Assembly (NCBI GenBank): GCA_043827405.1
Contig: JBDRPD010000083.1
Coordinates: 160,001-224,000, forward strand
Direction of reading: 5' to 3'
DNA: 64,000 bases
From: Elusimicrobiota bacterium
Lineage (GTDB): Bacteria; Elusimicrobiota; Elusimicrobia; UBA1565
In this document: positions 47,441-56,199 of the stretch, piece by piece
How the letters are laid out: each line of letters starts with the position of its first letter
How positions within the stretch are numbered: the stretch's first letter is position 1
The notes under the pieces: model-generated
What the model saw: only the letters and a program-made list of their open reading frames with translations
Told to the model about the DNA's origin: nothing
Databases searched by the model: none
Position numbers and translations under genes: made by a program

Positions 47441-47998
47441 CTACTGTGTCGGGACCGCGAGCTTTTGCGCGGCGCCCCAGGCCCTTATGACCGGGAGCAT
47501 GGCCGCGTTGACGCGCTTGAACGTCGCGCTGCGCAGCAGTTTGGATTCGGGCGCGGACGATTGCGCGGATACCCCCAGGCGCTGCAGCATCGCATACTTG
47601 ACGCCGTCCGGGTACTCGGGGATAACGGAAGCGCCGGCGCCGGTTTGCCAATAGTGCTGGCTGCCGGCACCGGTGCCGGCTTGCCAATAGTATTGACTGC
47701 CGGGGCCGGTGCCGGTTTGCCAGTAATGCCGGCTGCCCGCGTCGGTGCCGGTCTGCCAATAATGCTGGCTGCCGGGGCCCGTGCCCGTTTGCCAATAGTG
47801 CTGGCTGCCGATGCCGGTGCCGGTTTGCCAATAATATTGACTGCCGGCATTCGTGCCCGTCTGCCAATAATGCCGGCTGCCCGTGCCGGAGCCCGTTTGC
47901 CAGTAGTGATTGCTGGCGGATGCGGCCGGCGCAAGCCCCGTCCATATAAGGGCGGCGGCCAGTAAGATAAGGGTGAAATTGAGTTTTCTCATAGGCAT
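47441..47998 (-). CDS. Secreted protein with eight 12-aa S(Q/R)(H/Y)YWQTGxGxG repeats
   Basis: Signal peptide, then tandem repeats with mostly synonymous DNA variation. Start 47998 or 47992. Confidence 0.85.
   Translation of the reverse strand: MPMRKLNFTLILLAAALIWTGLAPAASASNHYWQTGSGTGSRHYWQTGTNAGSQYYWQTGTGIGSQHYWQTGTGPGSQHYWQTGTDAGSRHYWQTGTGPGSQYYWQAGTGAGSQHYWQTGAGASVIPEYPDGVKYAMLQRLGVSAQSSAPESKLLRSATFKRVNAAMLPVIRAWGAAQKLAVPTQ
47627..47914 (-). repeat. 8 x 36-bp coding tandem repeat
   Basis: TGCCA(A/G)TA(G/A)T recurs every 36 bp on the plus strand. Confidence 0.95.
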
Positions 47999-48100
47999 GC
48001 CTCTATTATGCCTCATCGTCGCAAATCCGGCTTAGGACCATGGTCCCGTGCCGGGTCCGGTAAACGGCCCGAAGCGTAGAGACGCAAAGGCCCAGGCCTG

Positions 48101-49009
48101 TTAACGCCTGCGGTCGCGTCCGCCGCGGTCATGCCCGCGGTCTCGTCCGTCGCGGTCATGCCTCCGATCTCCTCGCTGCGGCGGCTTGGTGTGGCGCGGC
48201 GGCTTGGTATGCTGCGGCGGCTTGTTGCGGTGCGGCGGGCGGTAGATCGGCGCCGGGACATAGACCCAGCGGCCGAACTGGTAGACCCAGCAATTGTTGC
48301 GCCGGATGCCCCCGCAGACGATGCCGGGCGCGCTGCGGCGGCGCGCTTCCTCCCGCCGGCGCTCTTCTTCCCGGCGGCGTTCCAGTTCGATGAGGCGGCT
48401 GTACTCCGCGCGGGTGATCCAGCGGCCCTGGTATTTGACGTAGCCCTTGGCGCGCATCAAGGCGTCGCCCTGGAGCCACTCGCCGTTGATCATTTCAAAG
48501 CCCAGCAGCATGCGGGCGCCGGCATGATCGGGGTCCAGGCCGATGATGCGTTCGGCGGACTGGCGGGCATAGCCGCTCAGGCGCACGGATTTCGCCCATT
48601 GCGCGAGTTCCCAAATGGAGGGGATGTCGCCGGGCTCGATGGCGGCTTCACGCTCCTTGAACTCCACATGGGTGTTGCGCGCAAAGAGGAGTTCCCGGAT
48701 ATTGGAACGCGGGATGCCGACCCAGCCGCCGTTAAGCTCAATGGTAACGGTGCCGGCGTCTTCCTTAAAAAGCAGCCCTTCGGTGCGGTTGCCGTTCATG
48801 TATACGACGGTGACGCCGATAAATTGCTCGCCGGCGTATTCGCCTGGATCGGGGATGTCGCGGTTTAAATCAGCGACCGTGCCCTCCAGGGTCTTTAGGT
48901 TTAGGCCCCGGGTGAGGTCGCCCGGCAGCACCGCAACGCCGGCGGCGAGGACGTGCAGCGGCGCCAGCGCCAGCATGGAAGTCAAAACAGGGATAATGAT
49001 TTTTCTCAT
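48101..49009 (-). CDS. Secreted hypothetical protein with TPR-like segment and Arg/Pro-rich repetitive tail
   Basis: Signal peptide; LAQWA..LDPDHAGAR..LG....GEW..GYVKYQGRW; KPPxHT and HDR repeats. Confidence 0.75.
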   Translation of the reverse strand: MRKIIIPVLTSMLALAPLHVLAAGVAVLPGDLTRGLNLKTLEGTVADLNRDIPDPGEYAGEQFIGVTVVYMNGNRTEGLLFKEDAGTVTIELNGGWVGIPRSNIRELLFARNTHVEFKEREAAIEPGDIPSIWELAQWAKSVRLSGYARQSAERIIGLDPDHAGARMLLGFEMINGEWLQGDALMRAKGYVKYQGRWITRAEYSRLIELERRREEERRREEARRRSAPGIVCGGIRRNNCWVYQFGRWVYVPAPIYRPPHRNKPPQHTKPPRHTKPPQRGDRRHDRDGRDRGHDRGGRDRRR

Positions 49010-49252
49010 CTGAGAGCCTCCCGGCCGGGTTATCCCGGCGCATCTCCGAAATCCATGATATGCCCGGACGGCCCAAACGAATAGCACCCATGGGGCCATG
49101 CCGGCCTGGGCCGAAGGTCCCATCTTGTTTCAGCCCTGATTCCTCGGCGACCATGCGAAAATGATATGTTCAGGCATGCAGTTCGCTCCATTGCAGTTTC
49201 CCCTCGTCCTCTCATATCTGCTGATGTCCTCCGTCGCGCTGGTTCCCAGGCC

Positions 49253-50500
49253 ATGAGAACGACCGGCAGGAGGAGGAAATTCGAAGCCGCGCTGGTGTTT
49301 CTGGCGATCATGACCATGCTTTTGGCCATGAATCGCCATGAAAACAGAATGCTGTTCGGGCTCAGCATCTACGGTGGGATAACCATCGGCTATCTGCTGC
49401 TCAAGCTGCTGCTCTCGTCATGGTACCGGCCGTACAGGGGCAGCGGCGGCGGGACGCGCACCTACTATGCGGTCGTCATCCCGTTTTACAACGAGGAGCC
49501 CCGGGTGCTCAAGCGCTGCCTGGAAAGCGTTCTCCGCCAGACTCTTCCGGCGCAGGAGATTTATATCATCGACGACGGCAGCGCTGATGATACCTGCTAC
49601 CGTTTAGCCAAGGACCTGCTGCGGGAAAAGGACAACGCGCAGGTCCTCCGCTGCGACGTGAATAGGAACAAGCGCAATGCGCAGTCCGCCGCCTTCCGGA
49701 GCATACAGGTCCCGATCACCATCACGCTCGACAGCGACACCGTGCTCGATGAGAATGCGATCGAAGAGGGCTTGCGGCCTTTCGCGGACCCCGCAGTGCA
49801 GGCCGTCAGCGGCAACGTGCGGGCGTTGAACGCCAAGACCAATCTGCTGACCCGCCTTATCGATATGCGCTACTGCAACGCTTTTCGCTACGAGCGGGCC
49901 GCCTACAGCACGCTCGATTCGGTGCTCTGCTCCTCCGGCGTATTCAGCTTGTGGCGGACCCGCCTGATCCAGAACAATCTGCAGGATTACCTTGATCAAA
50001 AATTCTTCAGCATGCCGGTCGTCGCCGGTGACGACCGGCGGCTGAGCTACTATGCGCTGCGGGAAGGCAAGAGCGTGTTCCAGGAGACCGCCGGCTGCGC
50101 GACTGTAGTGCCGGACACTTTGGGGAAGTTCTTCAAACAGCAGGTTCGCTGGAACAAGTCCTTCTTCCGCGAAACGATTAACCTGCTGGCGCGGTTCCCG
50201 CTCACCAAGCCCGCCTGGTGGCTCGCACTATCCGAGCTATGCCTGTGGCTGCTCTTCGGTATCCTGGTTCTTCTCGTTTTTGTCATTAAGCCCATTGTGG
50301 GCGGCAGGATCCTCGGCCTCTATTACTTCGGCTATATCGCACTTATGGCTTATGTGCGCAGCGTCCGCTACATGCAGGAGAGTTTTTTTGTCTACCTGCT
50401 GTCCCCGCTGTACGCTCTTATCCACATCTTTCTGCTGCTGCCGGTACGCATTTACAGCTTATGTACGATCATGGATGATTCGTGGGGAACACGAAGTTAG
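49253..50500 (+). CDS. GT2 processive synthase, class I hyaluronan synthase (HasA)/NodC-like
   Basis: DDGS, DSD, ERAA.S, GDDRRL, QQVRWNKSFFRE, C-terminal WGTR; 2 N-terminal plus several C-terminal TM helices. Confidence 0.85.
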   Translation: MRTTGRRRKFEAALVFLAIMTMLLAMNRHENRMLFGLSIYGGITIGYLLLKLLLSSWYRPYRGSGGGTRTYYAVVIPFYNEEPRVLKRCLESVLRQTLPAQEIYIIDDGSADDTCYRLAKDLLREKDNAQVLRCDVNRNKRNAQSAAFRSIQVPITITLDSDTVLDENAIEEGLRPFADPAVQAVSGNVRALNAKTNLLTRLIDMRYCNAFRYERAAYSTLDSVLCSSGVFSLWRTRLIQNNLQDYLDQKFFSMPVVAGDDRRLSYYALREGKSVFQETAGCATVVPDTLGKFFKQQVRWNKSFFRETINLLARFPLTKPAWWLALSELCLWLLFGILVLLVFVIKPIVGGRILGLYYFGYIALMAYVRSVRYMQESFFVYLLSPLYALIHIFLLLPVRIYSLCTIMDDSWGTRS

Positions 50501-52284
50501 CGCCGCGGCGCATTATCGAAGCCGGTCTTTGGCTCGTCGCCGTCGGCGTTCCTCTTGCCTGGAGCGATAAGTTCTATGCCGAGTACGTCCTGCCGAAACT
50601 TGTCGTTCTGACCGCGGGACTGCTCATCGCCGCAGGGGGCTGCGTTTTCGCGGTATTGCGCGGCGAACGGGTCATCCGCCGAACGGGGCTGGAATGGCCG
50701 ATCCTCGTTCTGGGCGGGGCGCTCGCCCTCTCCTGCGCCCGCTCGGTCGATCCGATCTCCAGCGCGCTTGGCCACTACAATGACTATACGCACGGTTTAT
50801 GGCCGCTGCTCCTGCTGGCGGCGCTGAGCTGGCTCGCCGCCTGGGGGGGCTCCGGCGGTATGCGGCGGCGGGTTTTGACGGTATCGGTCGCCACGGCCGT
50901 TCTGGTCGCCGCTTACGCCGTCCTCCAGGCGCTCGGTGTGGAGATCTTCGCGCGCGCCGGAGATATTATCGCCGGGCGCGCGGTTTCATTTATCGGGAAC
51001 GCGGTATTTCTCGGCGCGTATCTGGCGGTTGTTTTGCCTGTGGCGCTGCATTTTGCGGTCACGGCCGATGGCAAGGCCCGTGTTTGGGCCGTTTTCGGGT
51101 TTCTGGGGATCGGCGCGGGAATCGTCGCGACAACGTCAAGAGGCGCTCTCCTGGCGGCCGTCTGCGCCGGCGCCGCTTACCTGATAATGAGCCGCCGTCT
51201 GAAAATGCCGAAGCTCAGCCGTCCGCAGCTGCTCGCCGCCGCGGCGGCGGCCTTGGTCATATCGTCTATGGCAGGTGTCCGGTTTATGTCGCGCGATACC
51301 ACGCGGGCCAATCAGGCGCGGATCGCGCTGTGGGAGATCGGCTGGAAAGCTTTTCGGGAAAAACCGCTTCTCGGATCGGGCCCCGATACCTTCGAGTGGG
51401 GTTTTCGCCGGCATCGTACGGAATCCTATATTCGTGCCCGCCGGCCGAAAGAGTATATGACCCATGCGCATAATGACTTGCTGCAGGCGCTTTCGACTTT
51501 AGGCGTTCTCGGCTTTGCGGCCTATCTCTTCGCGGTCCTTTCGCTGGCGCTGTTCGGCTGGCGGCGCTTGCGGCGTGAGGGAGGCCGGGAGGGGGCGGAC
51601 CCCGCGCTTCTCGCGGCGCTCTTGGCGCTTTTTATCGTCATGAAGTTTAATCCGCCGTATATCGCGGCCCTAACGCTGGCCGCTCTCTATTTGGGGCTCC
51701 TATGCGCGGATGAGGATGGGGAGCGTCGTCCCATCGACGCCGGCGGTATGCGCTTCGCGATCGCCGGCGCCTTCCTGCTGTTTACGGCGGGGTCGGTTTG
51801 GCTTTCCTGCCGGCTGGCCGGCGCGGACTGGTATTTCAAGCGGGCTTTGGTCAATGAGGCGCTTGATCGACCCGACTATGCGCTGGCGCACTATCGAAAA
51901 GCCGCGCGGCTTAACCGGTGCGAGCTCAGATACCGCATGAAGATGGTCAATCATCTGCTCTCGCTCGCCTCCCGCTTGCCCGCGGGGAGCCGCCGTTCGG
52001 CGCTCATCGATGAGCTCGCCGCGAGCGCGCGGGAAGCGAAGGCCTGCCGCCCGCAGAGCATGCATGCCTATCATATCGACGGCATCGTCGAGCTCGCGCA
52101 GGTGCAGTCGGGACGCGCCGAGCGTCTGACGAACGCCCAGGCCGCGCTCGACCGGGGCTTGCAGCTGGATCCGCTCAACGCGGCGCTGCTGCGCGCGCGC
52201 GGGAAGGCGGCGTATTTCGGCGGAGATATGCAGGCCGCGCAGCTCTTCGCGCGGCGTGCGCAGCGCCTCGAGACCCTGCGCTAG
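50482..52284 (+). CDS. O-antigen ligase (Wzy_C) family protein with C-terminal TPR
   Basis: GN..FLGAYL, T.SRGA, R..LW, PLLGSGPDTF, HAHND.LQ. Confidence 0.88.
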   Translation: MGNTKLAPRRIIEAGLWLVAVGVPLAWSDKFYAEYVLPKLVVLTAGLLIAAGGCVFAVLRGERVIRRTGLEWPILVLGGALALSCARSVDPISSALGHYNDYTHGLWPLLLLAALSWLAAWGGSGGMRRRVLTVSVATAVLVAAYAVLQALGVEIFARAGDIIAGRAVSFIGNAVFLGAYLAVVLPVALHFAVTADGKARVWAVFGFLGIGAGIVATTSRGALLAAVCAGAAYLIMSRRLKMPKLSRPQLLAAAAAALVISSMAGVRFMSRDTTRANQARIALWEIGWKAFREKPLLGSGPDTFEWGFRRHRTESYIRARRPKEYMTHAHNDLLQALSTLGVLGFAAYLFAVLSLALFGWRRLRREGGREGADPALLAALLALFIVMKFNPPYIAALTLAALYLGLLCADEDGERRPIDAGGMRFAIAGAFLLFTAGSVWLSCRLAGADWYFKRALVNEALDRPDYALAHYRKAARLNRCELRYRMKMVNHLLSLASRLPAGSRRSALIDELAASAREAKACRPQSMHAYHIDGIVELAQVQSGRAERLTNAQAALDRGLQLDPLNAALLRARGKAAYFGGDMQAAQLFARRAQRLETLR

Positions 52285-52580
52285 CCGAGCTTCTTTTGTA
52301 CGCTCGCGACCTTATCCTGCATGGACTGCGCGCGGTCGGTGCGGGTGCCGAATTTCAGCGTCGAAGAGATGCGCGGCGCGCCCAGCTCGTGGACCTTCTC
52401 GTGGCAGCGCTTGACCGCGGCGAAGACGGCGTCCCAGTCGCCCTCGATATTGGTGCCGTAGGAATGCAGCTGATATTTGAGCCCCGCCTCAGCGAGCACT
52501 TTCTGGCAGGCCGCGACGTATTTGGATACCGATACGCCCACGCCCATGGGGACGACGCATAGATCGGCGATAACCTTCAT
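52281..52580 (-). CDS. MTH1187/YkoF-like thiamine-binding family protein
   Basis: VVPMGVG.SVSKYVA..H.YGTNIEG.WD..CHE..GAPRI...GTRTDR. Confidence 0.92.
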   Translation of the reverse strand: MKVIADLCVVPMGVGVSVSKYVAACQKVLAEAGLKYQLHSYGTNIEGDWDAVFAAVKRCHEKVHELGAPRISSTLKFGTRTDRAQSMQDKVASVQKKLG

Positions 52581-52660
52581 TGGAGAACCTCCACCCGCAA
52601 AGCATACGATATAAAAACCGCCCCCGCGCTGACGCGCGAGGGCAATGAAAATGCAAGCGC

Positions 52661-52689
52661 TTGACAGGGGGCGCGGTATTCTGGATAAT
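52661..52689 (+). promoter_or_regulatory. Putative sigma70 promoter
   Basis: TTGACA-N17-GATAAT; AGGAG SD before the ATG at 52731. Confidence 0.7.
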
Positions 52690-52730
52690 CGAATGGTCGG
52701 GTTTCCCGTTATCTCCCCTTAGGAGTTATT

Positions 52731-53084
52731 ATGATCAAAAAGAAGTTCATGCCGTTCATCGGCCTGGTAGCCGTGGCCGCGTTCCTGGCGTCCTGCACCA
52801 CCATGCCCGTATCGCTGTCGCCGTCCTCGACCTATATCGCGCCCAACGATACGGTGACCGAGGTCGGACCGGTTTCCGGCTCCGCCTTTACCGTTTTCAT
52901 CTTCGGCCTGCCGATCGGCGAGCAGGAGCAGATCGCTCCCGCGTTGAAGAGGGCGCTGAAGAGCTCCGGCTCGGATGCGATCATCGAGGTGAAGACGGAG
53001 TTCAAGACCTACAACTTCATGCTTTTCCACGTGTTCCGCACCCGGGTCTACGGTACCGGCGTAAAGATTCAGAAAGGCGGCTGA
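52731..53084 (+). CDS. Small lipoprotein (TRL-like)
   Basis: LASC lipobox; G.A....IFGLP..AL..SG.DAII.V...T.VYGTGVK. Confidence 0.75.
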   Translation: MIKKKFMPFIGLVAVAAFLASCTTMPVSLSPSSTYIAPNDTVTEVGPVSGSAFTVFIFGLPIGEQEQIAPALKRALKSSGSDAIIEVKTEFKTYNFMLFHVFRTRVYGTGVKIQKGG

Positions 53085-53111
53085 GGCCGGTCTGAGCCGT
53101 TTCGCCGCCGC

Positions 53112-53141
53112 GCCCGCACAACGCGTCAGCGTTGTGCGGGC
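53112..53141. other. Perfect 13-bp intergenic hairpin without a U-tract
   Basis: GCCCGCACAACGC-GTCA-GCGTTGTGCGGGC; possible mRNA stability or processing element. Confidence 0.6.
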
Positions 53142-53169
53142 CGGTGTCGTTTAAGTGGAGGGGGGAGCC

Positions 53170-54621
53170 ATGCGTACGCACCTGCGATATATCGCCGTTC
53201 TATCCGCCGTCATGGTTTCGGCCGGCTGTACCGCGGCCCTGCGGCCGCTGATGATCGCCGAGCCCCCCGCGTCGGTTAAGCGTGTGGAGCCGCTGGACGA
53301 GAAGATTCCCCTGCCGGTGGACGTCGTGATCAAGGCGCCGGAGAGCATGCCCATCGTGGGGGGCAAGTACACCTATTCCCTCAAGCATGTGCTGGAGAAA
53401 TCCTTCAAAAACGCGGCGGGGGCGATCTTCGATGGCGCCGGCGGCACCGGAGAGTACAGCTACCGGCTCGAGGTCACCGCGCGCTCGTCGCAGCTGCAGG
53501 CGCTCGGCCTGGCCAAGGATCAGGCCGAGTTCAGCGCCGTTATCGTCAGCAAGCTGATTAACCCCGACGATAAGGTGCTGGAGAACAAGACCTATTCCGG
53601 CAGGAAGCAAAGCTCCTTCGATAAGGCCAATACTCCGGACGCCGTATGGGAAGTCTGCTATACCGCCGCCGGCGAGCTCGCCGACAGCATTCGCCAGGCC
53701 CGGTGGCTGCGCAAGGCGCGGACCCAGGTTTACGGCGCGGCGCCGACCTCGGCGGCGCAGATGCAGGCCATGATCAACGCGGCCGCAAAAAGCGCGGCGG
53801 CCAACCAGCCGGCGGCGAAAAAGAAAGAGCGCGTCTACAAGTCCGACATCGACAACCCGACATACAAGAGCGCGGAGCGCCCGGACGACTTCGCGCTGGT
53901 CATCGGCATCACCCAGTACTCCTCTATTCCCGAGGCCTCATTCGCCGAGCGCGACGCCGAGGCGATGAAGAAGCACCTGATTGCGCAGGGCTTTCCGGAG
54001 CGCAATGTGGTGCATCTGGTCGGCAGCAAGGCCACCCGGACCGGCATCAAGAAGTACCTGGAAGAGTGGCTGCCGCGCAACGTCACGGATAAGAGCCGCG
54101 TCTTCTTCTACTTCTCCGGCCACGGGGCGCCGGATACCGACAGCAAGGAAGCCTTCATGGTGCCGTGGGACGGCGACCCGAACTTCCTCAAGAGCACCGC
54201 CTACTCGATGAACGACCTCTACGCCCGGCTCTCCGAGCTCAAGGCCAAGGAGGTCGTGGTGGCGCTCGACGCCTGCTTCTCCGGGTCGGGCGGCCGCTCG
54301 GTGCTGGCCAAAGGGGCGCGGCCGCTGGTGATGAATGTGGACACGGGCAAGATCCTCGACGACAAGCTCACGGTGTTCGCGGCGGCCGGGGACACGCAGA
54401 TCACCAGCGCCCTCGACGACCAGGGCCACGGCATCTTCTCCTACTACTTCATGAAGGGGCTGGCCGGGGACGCCAAGGACTCCTCGGGGAAGGTCACGGC
54501 GCAGGGGCTCTTCGACTACCTGCAGCCGAAGGTCGCCGACGCGGCGCGCCGGCAGAACCGCGAGCAGACGCCGGCGCTGCGGGGCGGCGATAAGGGCCGC
54601 GTGCTGGGCTCTTTTAAGTAG
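53170..54621 (+). CDS. Caspase-family (C14) lipoprotein, catalytic dyad intact
   Basis: SAGC lipobox; FYFSGHG, LDACFSG, QTP. Confidence 0.9.
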   Translation: MRTHLRYIAVLSAVMVSAGCTAALRPLMIAEPPASVKRVEPLDEKIPLPVDVVIKAPESMPIVGGKYTYSLKHVLEKSFKNAAGAIFDGAGGTGEYSYRLEVTARSSQLQALGLAKDQAEFSAVIVSKLINPDDKVLENKTYSGRKQSSFDKANTPDAVWEVCYTAAGELADSIRQARWLRKARTQVYGAAPTSAAQMQAMINAAAKSAAANQPAAKKKERVYKSDIDNPTYKSAERPDDFALVIGITQYSSIPEASFAERDAEAMKKHLIAQGFPERNVVHLVGSKATRTGIKKYLEEWLPRNVTDKSRVFFYFSGHGAPDTDSKEAFMVPWDGDPNFLKSTAYSMNDLYARLSELKAKEVVVALDACFSGSGGRSVLAKGARPLVMNVDTGKILDDKLTVFAAAGDTQITSALDDQGHGIFSYYFMKGLAGDAKDSSGKVTAQGLFDYLQPKVADAARRQNREQTPALRGGDKGRVLGSFK

Positions 54622-55354
54622 CCGCCGGATTTTTCGTCAGGTGGGCGGCGAACAGGCGCCGCAGCTGCTTGAGCTCCCTCGACTTAAGCGCCAGCGAGGT
54701 GATGCCGGCGAAGCAGTCGAGCAGCACCATGGCGTTGAGCACCGCGTCTTTTTTGCAGACCCGCTGCAGCCGGCCGACGAAGTGCTGGTTGACGTCCCGG
54801 ATGTTCTCCATTAGGGCGGCCAGTCCGTGCATCTCCCAGTCGGGCGTCTCGCCGTCGCGCAGATGAAAATACTGCGCCAGCATATACATCGACAGCACCC
54901 GGTACATGGTCTCCTCGTGCGTGGCGAAAGGCAGGTGGGTGCGCGCCATGGGGCGCAGCTTATCGAGCACGGGGCAGCCGCTCGATACCATGTAGAGGCC
55001 GAGCAGCGCGCTGATGCCGTCGGAGACCGGCGCCCGCTTGGCGAACTTGCGGGTCGCCGTCGAGATGTTGATCTGGGCGAGAGCGGTGGACGGCACCTCC
55101 TTGAAGTAGTCGACGATGTCGACGATGCTTTCCGCTACCGGGCAGCGCGGGCGCTGGGTTTTGGTCAAGGCGCAGCTGGGGCACTGGCTGTTGTCGAGTA
55201 AAGTCCACTCGGGGTATTTTCCGCGCGGTTCGCGCAGCAGCTCCAGAGAATGCTCGTCGAGGCGGATGACGAAGTCTTTCTTTTTTCCGCCCGCGAACTT
55301 GAAGCTGTAGCGGAATTCCAGCTCGTCGATGTCCGAGATGTCGTGTTTGGGCAT
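54614..55354 (-). CDS. Cys-rich hypothetical protein (DUF6901-like)
   Basis: PEWT.L...QCPSC.L......CP.A, SSGCP....LRPMAR.HLPFA..EET.YR, DA..NA...LD. Confidence 0.75.
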   Translation of the reverse strand: MPKHDISDIDELEFRYSFKFAGGKKKDFVIRLDEHSLELLREPRGKYPEWTLLDNSQCPSCALTKTQRPRCPVAESIVDIVDYFKEVPSTALAQINISTATRKFAKRAPVSDGISALLGLYMVSSGCPVLDKLRPMARTHLPFATHEETMYRVLSMYMLAQYFHLRDGETPDWEMHGLAALMENIRDVNQHFVGRLQRVCKKDAVLNAMVLLDCFAGITSLALKSRELKQLRRLFAAHLTKNPAAT

Positions 55355-55397
55355 GGCCCATTGTAGCTGGCAGGGGAGGGGGCTGGCAAGCGCCCCG

Positions 55398-56054
55398 TTA
55401 ACGAGCGATCGCGTCCCAGATCGGTTTGCCGAGGAACGAGGCGAGCGTTTGCGCGTCCTCGCGCAGACGCTCGCGATCACCGTGGTCGGCGACGTTGACG
55501 CGGCTCGCGTCGTCGAGAATGAGGTTCAGTTCGTAGCTGTAGTAGGAGGAATTTTTTCCGGTGCAGCGTTCGGAGATCAGCTGCAGGGCGTGGATGCGGC
55601 TCAGCTCGATATAGTCCTTCGGCGGCGCCGCGCCCGCGGCTCCGCGATAGAACAGCGAGCGCGTGCGGTCGAAGACGAGCGGTTTCGCGTTCGCATGGAG
55701 CATGCCGCCTCCGACCGCGGCAAAGACCGCGCCTACCAGGACGGGGATGAGCGCGCCCCAATCGTGGCCGGGAGCCTCCACGAAGAAGAAGAGGTTGATG
55801 CCCAGAGTGACGGCGCCCAGGCCCATGAGCAGAAAGACCATGGCGAACAGCTTCATCCCGATCGTCGGCCGGAATTCGAACCGGCCGGGCCCGGCTTCGT
55901 GCAGCTTGCTGGTGCAGAAATTGGCGCCGCCGCCCTTGGCGGGAGTCCATTGGGTCCGCTCGGCGAGCGGGTCGTTGAAGCTTTTGGGATCTACCGGCGT
56001 CGGTGTGCGGACGAGCTTTTGCAGCTGCGCCATCAGTGCTTTGAGCATATCCAC
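55398..56054 (-). CDS. Hypothetical membrane protein (2 TM)
   Basis: WTP.KGGGANF, two TM helices, SYELNL.L. Confidence 0.75.
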   Translation of the reverse strand: MDMLKALMAQLQKLVRTPTPVDPKSFNDPLAERTQWTPAKGGGANFCTSKLHEAGPGRFEFRPTIGMKLFAMVFLLMGLGAVTLGINLFFFVEAPGHDWGALIPVLVGAVFAAVGGGMLHANAKPLVFDRTRSLFYRGAAGAAPPKDYIELSRIHALQLISERCTGKNSSYYSYELNLILDDASRVNVADHGDRERLREDAQTLASFLGKPIWDAIAR

Positions 56055-56199
56055 AGGATGGAAGAACGGCGGTGATCCGTCAAGGGAGGGTAACTTGTCG
56101 GCAATTACAGAATTTCGATATAACCGCTGGATGCCATGTGTCGCCGCCGGATTATTGCCTTCCTAATCCGGTTAAGCGGATATTTTGCAATAATGGCTG

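Noticed and set aside
47627..47914. CRISPR array or ice-nucleation gene suggested by the 36-bp periodicity
   Set aside because: The repeats are contiguous with no spacers, vary synonymously in one frame, and lack the AGYGSTxT ice-nucleation motif.
47436..47945. Repeat-containing N-terminal extension of the DUF4126 ORF
   Set aside because: It is the alternative-frame reading of the YWQTG repeat gene; DUF4126 similarity starts at 47435.
52627..53131. 10-bp inverted pair (CGCTGACGCG / CGCGTCAGCG) flanking the small lipoprotein gene as mobile-element ends
   Set aside because: Too short and GC-rich to be significant; no target duplication or transposase.
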